A stretch of DNA of 64,000 nucleotides, taken from NCBI GenBank assembly GCA_043228905.1, contig JBHGNT010000010.1:13640001-13704000 (forward strand), given 5' to 3'. Below the pieces are notes generated by a model. That model did no database searches and was not told the DNA's origin. It worked only from the letters and a program-made list of their open reading frames with translations. A program made the position numbers and the translations under genes. Numbering within the stretch: position 1 is the stretch's first letter; each line of letters opens with the position of its first letter. Positions 62,465 through 64,000 of this stretch are shown one piece after another. This DNA is from Azolla caroliniana. Taxonomy: Eukaryota; Plantae; Polypodiophyta.

Positions 62465-63172
62465 CTTGCGGGTTTAAAATTAAATGGATGGATAAGTCTA
62501 TTAAAGATGTTACATGGGAACACGCAAACACCACTAAAACTCATTTCCCTAACTTTTCATTGCAAGGGTGTAGTGTTTTAAAGAGGGGGAGGGGAGTATG
62601 TTACGGGCATAACCATCCAATGGTAGTTTGTACTAAAGTTTTCTACGCACAAAGGTAAGAGTGTGAGGTTGAAAGGGAAGATTACTTTTAATCCTAGGGA
62701 TTGAGACAACCCTTAAGAGCCAACTGTGAACTTGCCATGGACCCTTGGGTCTAGAACAATCTGCGGGTTTAAAATTAAATGGATGGATAAGTCTATTAAA
62801 GATGTTACATGGGAACACGCAAACACCACTAAAACTCATTTCCCTAACTTTTCATTGCAAGGGTGTAGTGTTTTAAAACTCATTTCCCTTGGGTCTAGCT
62901 ATAAATATGAGGCCTAGCTATCCTCATTAGGAATTATTCAACTACGTTGAGACTGTGATCTTATGGTGAACAGACTCCTGTGCCGCGTGAGAGCCAATAC
63001 CAAGTATGACGTGACGCCACAAAGATAGTATGGCACGCCATTCAAGGCACATGTTCATCTTGATCCCTTCGCTAAGGGATGGTCGGGTGGATCGACACCC
63101 TTTTCTCTCTTTGTATCTTTAGTATCTTATCTCTTCTTATTTTCAAGCTTACATTAGAATAAATCTCTAACA
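62465..63172 (+). mobile_element. Chromovirus 3' remnant: chromodomain tail, PPT and LTR 62599-63172
   Basis: IKWMDKSIKDVTWE...HFPNF, PPT AAGAGGGGGAGGGGAG, LTR TGTTACGGGC...CTAACA. 62762-62880 is an inserted copy of the chromodomain segment. Confidence 0.8.
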
Positions 63173-64000
63173 TATAACGGGCTCACTATTGTAGTGAGGA
63201 CAACAAGAGTGTTCTACATTGGTATGTTATAATACACTAGTTAATATTATATATGGAAGCAGTTTCTTGAAGGTGGCATATATGCTACCTATTCTAGAGA
63301 GAGGTATAGAGAGAAAAGAACATTCCATTTACATCTACCACAAATTTCAAGCATCAATCAAAATACAATCCAGTTCAAAGTGGTGCAACTAGGAATAGCA
63401 AACATTAACCCTTTTCATAAAAACTATGCTTACAAATGAGATTCAGATTCACAAACTCCTAATTCCAAATGCCATGAACCTTTATAATTTCATTTTTGTT
63501 TGTTGACTTTTTAGCAAGCAGTTAGTTGACAACCTTTGACGTACTTTGGAAAGATAGGAGATTTTTCTAGACTTGCAATGAACTTTACCAAGTACGTTGG
63601 TTGCAGTGGAAGGGTTTGCAGTTTTTTGGTAGCTACATGGCAACTTTTAAATCTCGTTTGGCACCCTCATCAATGTGCCTTGTACAACACATTGACATGT
63701 TCAGCTGATCATTTATTAATGAACAACGCAAGGCACGCCATCCATAATGATCTTTAGCAGGTTTCTAGAATGTATTTAGTTGTGCTTGGGTATACAAAGG
63801 CATCCAAATAACCTCCCAAACAAAAGAAACCATTTTCGTAGTTAATAAATGCTTTGGAAATTAAATTCTCTTATGAACAAATATATATACCAACTACAAG
63901 TTCATATAAAAAGGAATTCTAGAATAAACCCAACATCTAGAATGCCCAGTTTTCATATTTGAAAAACTTTTATGTATACCCTAGAAATACCCGAAAGATC

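Noticed and set aside
63173-64000. Possible degraded gene at the right edge
   Set aside because: It has multiple stops and no motif I can identify.

Overview
Repeat-saturated eukaryotic DNA with no host housekeeping gene. It is most likely land-plant, bryophyte-like heterochromatin (inferred from the element types). The window is a deep nest of Ty3/gypsy and Ty1/copia LTR retrotransposons, solo LTRs and two DNA transposons, and most junctions can be resolved by terminal repeats and target-site duplications (TSDs). Main points: (1) A 12.3-kb Sola2-like DNA transposon (45161-57461, TSD ATCT) carries a spliced transposase and a convergent, intact five-exon passenger gene encoding a coiled-coil/RING-H2 protein. 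Both long introns hold AGTAC-rich tandem arrays. (2) A clade of gypsy elements has TGTCGTG...CACGACA termini, a tRNA-Trp primer site where one survives, and 4-bp TSDs usually centred on CG. Their otherwise divergent LTRs carry tRNA-like Pol III A-box/B-box modules at a constant 43-44 bp spacing. (3) A 424-bp palindromic element is built only from chromovirus LTR 5' ends yet is flanked by a perfect 5-bp TSD. (4) A full-length gypsy element has a ~1000-aa sense 3' extra ORF. (5) A 1.85-kb fold-back lies inside a TIR element. All coordinates were read by eye. No database search was run, so family names are motif-based inferences.
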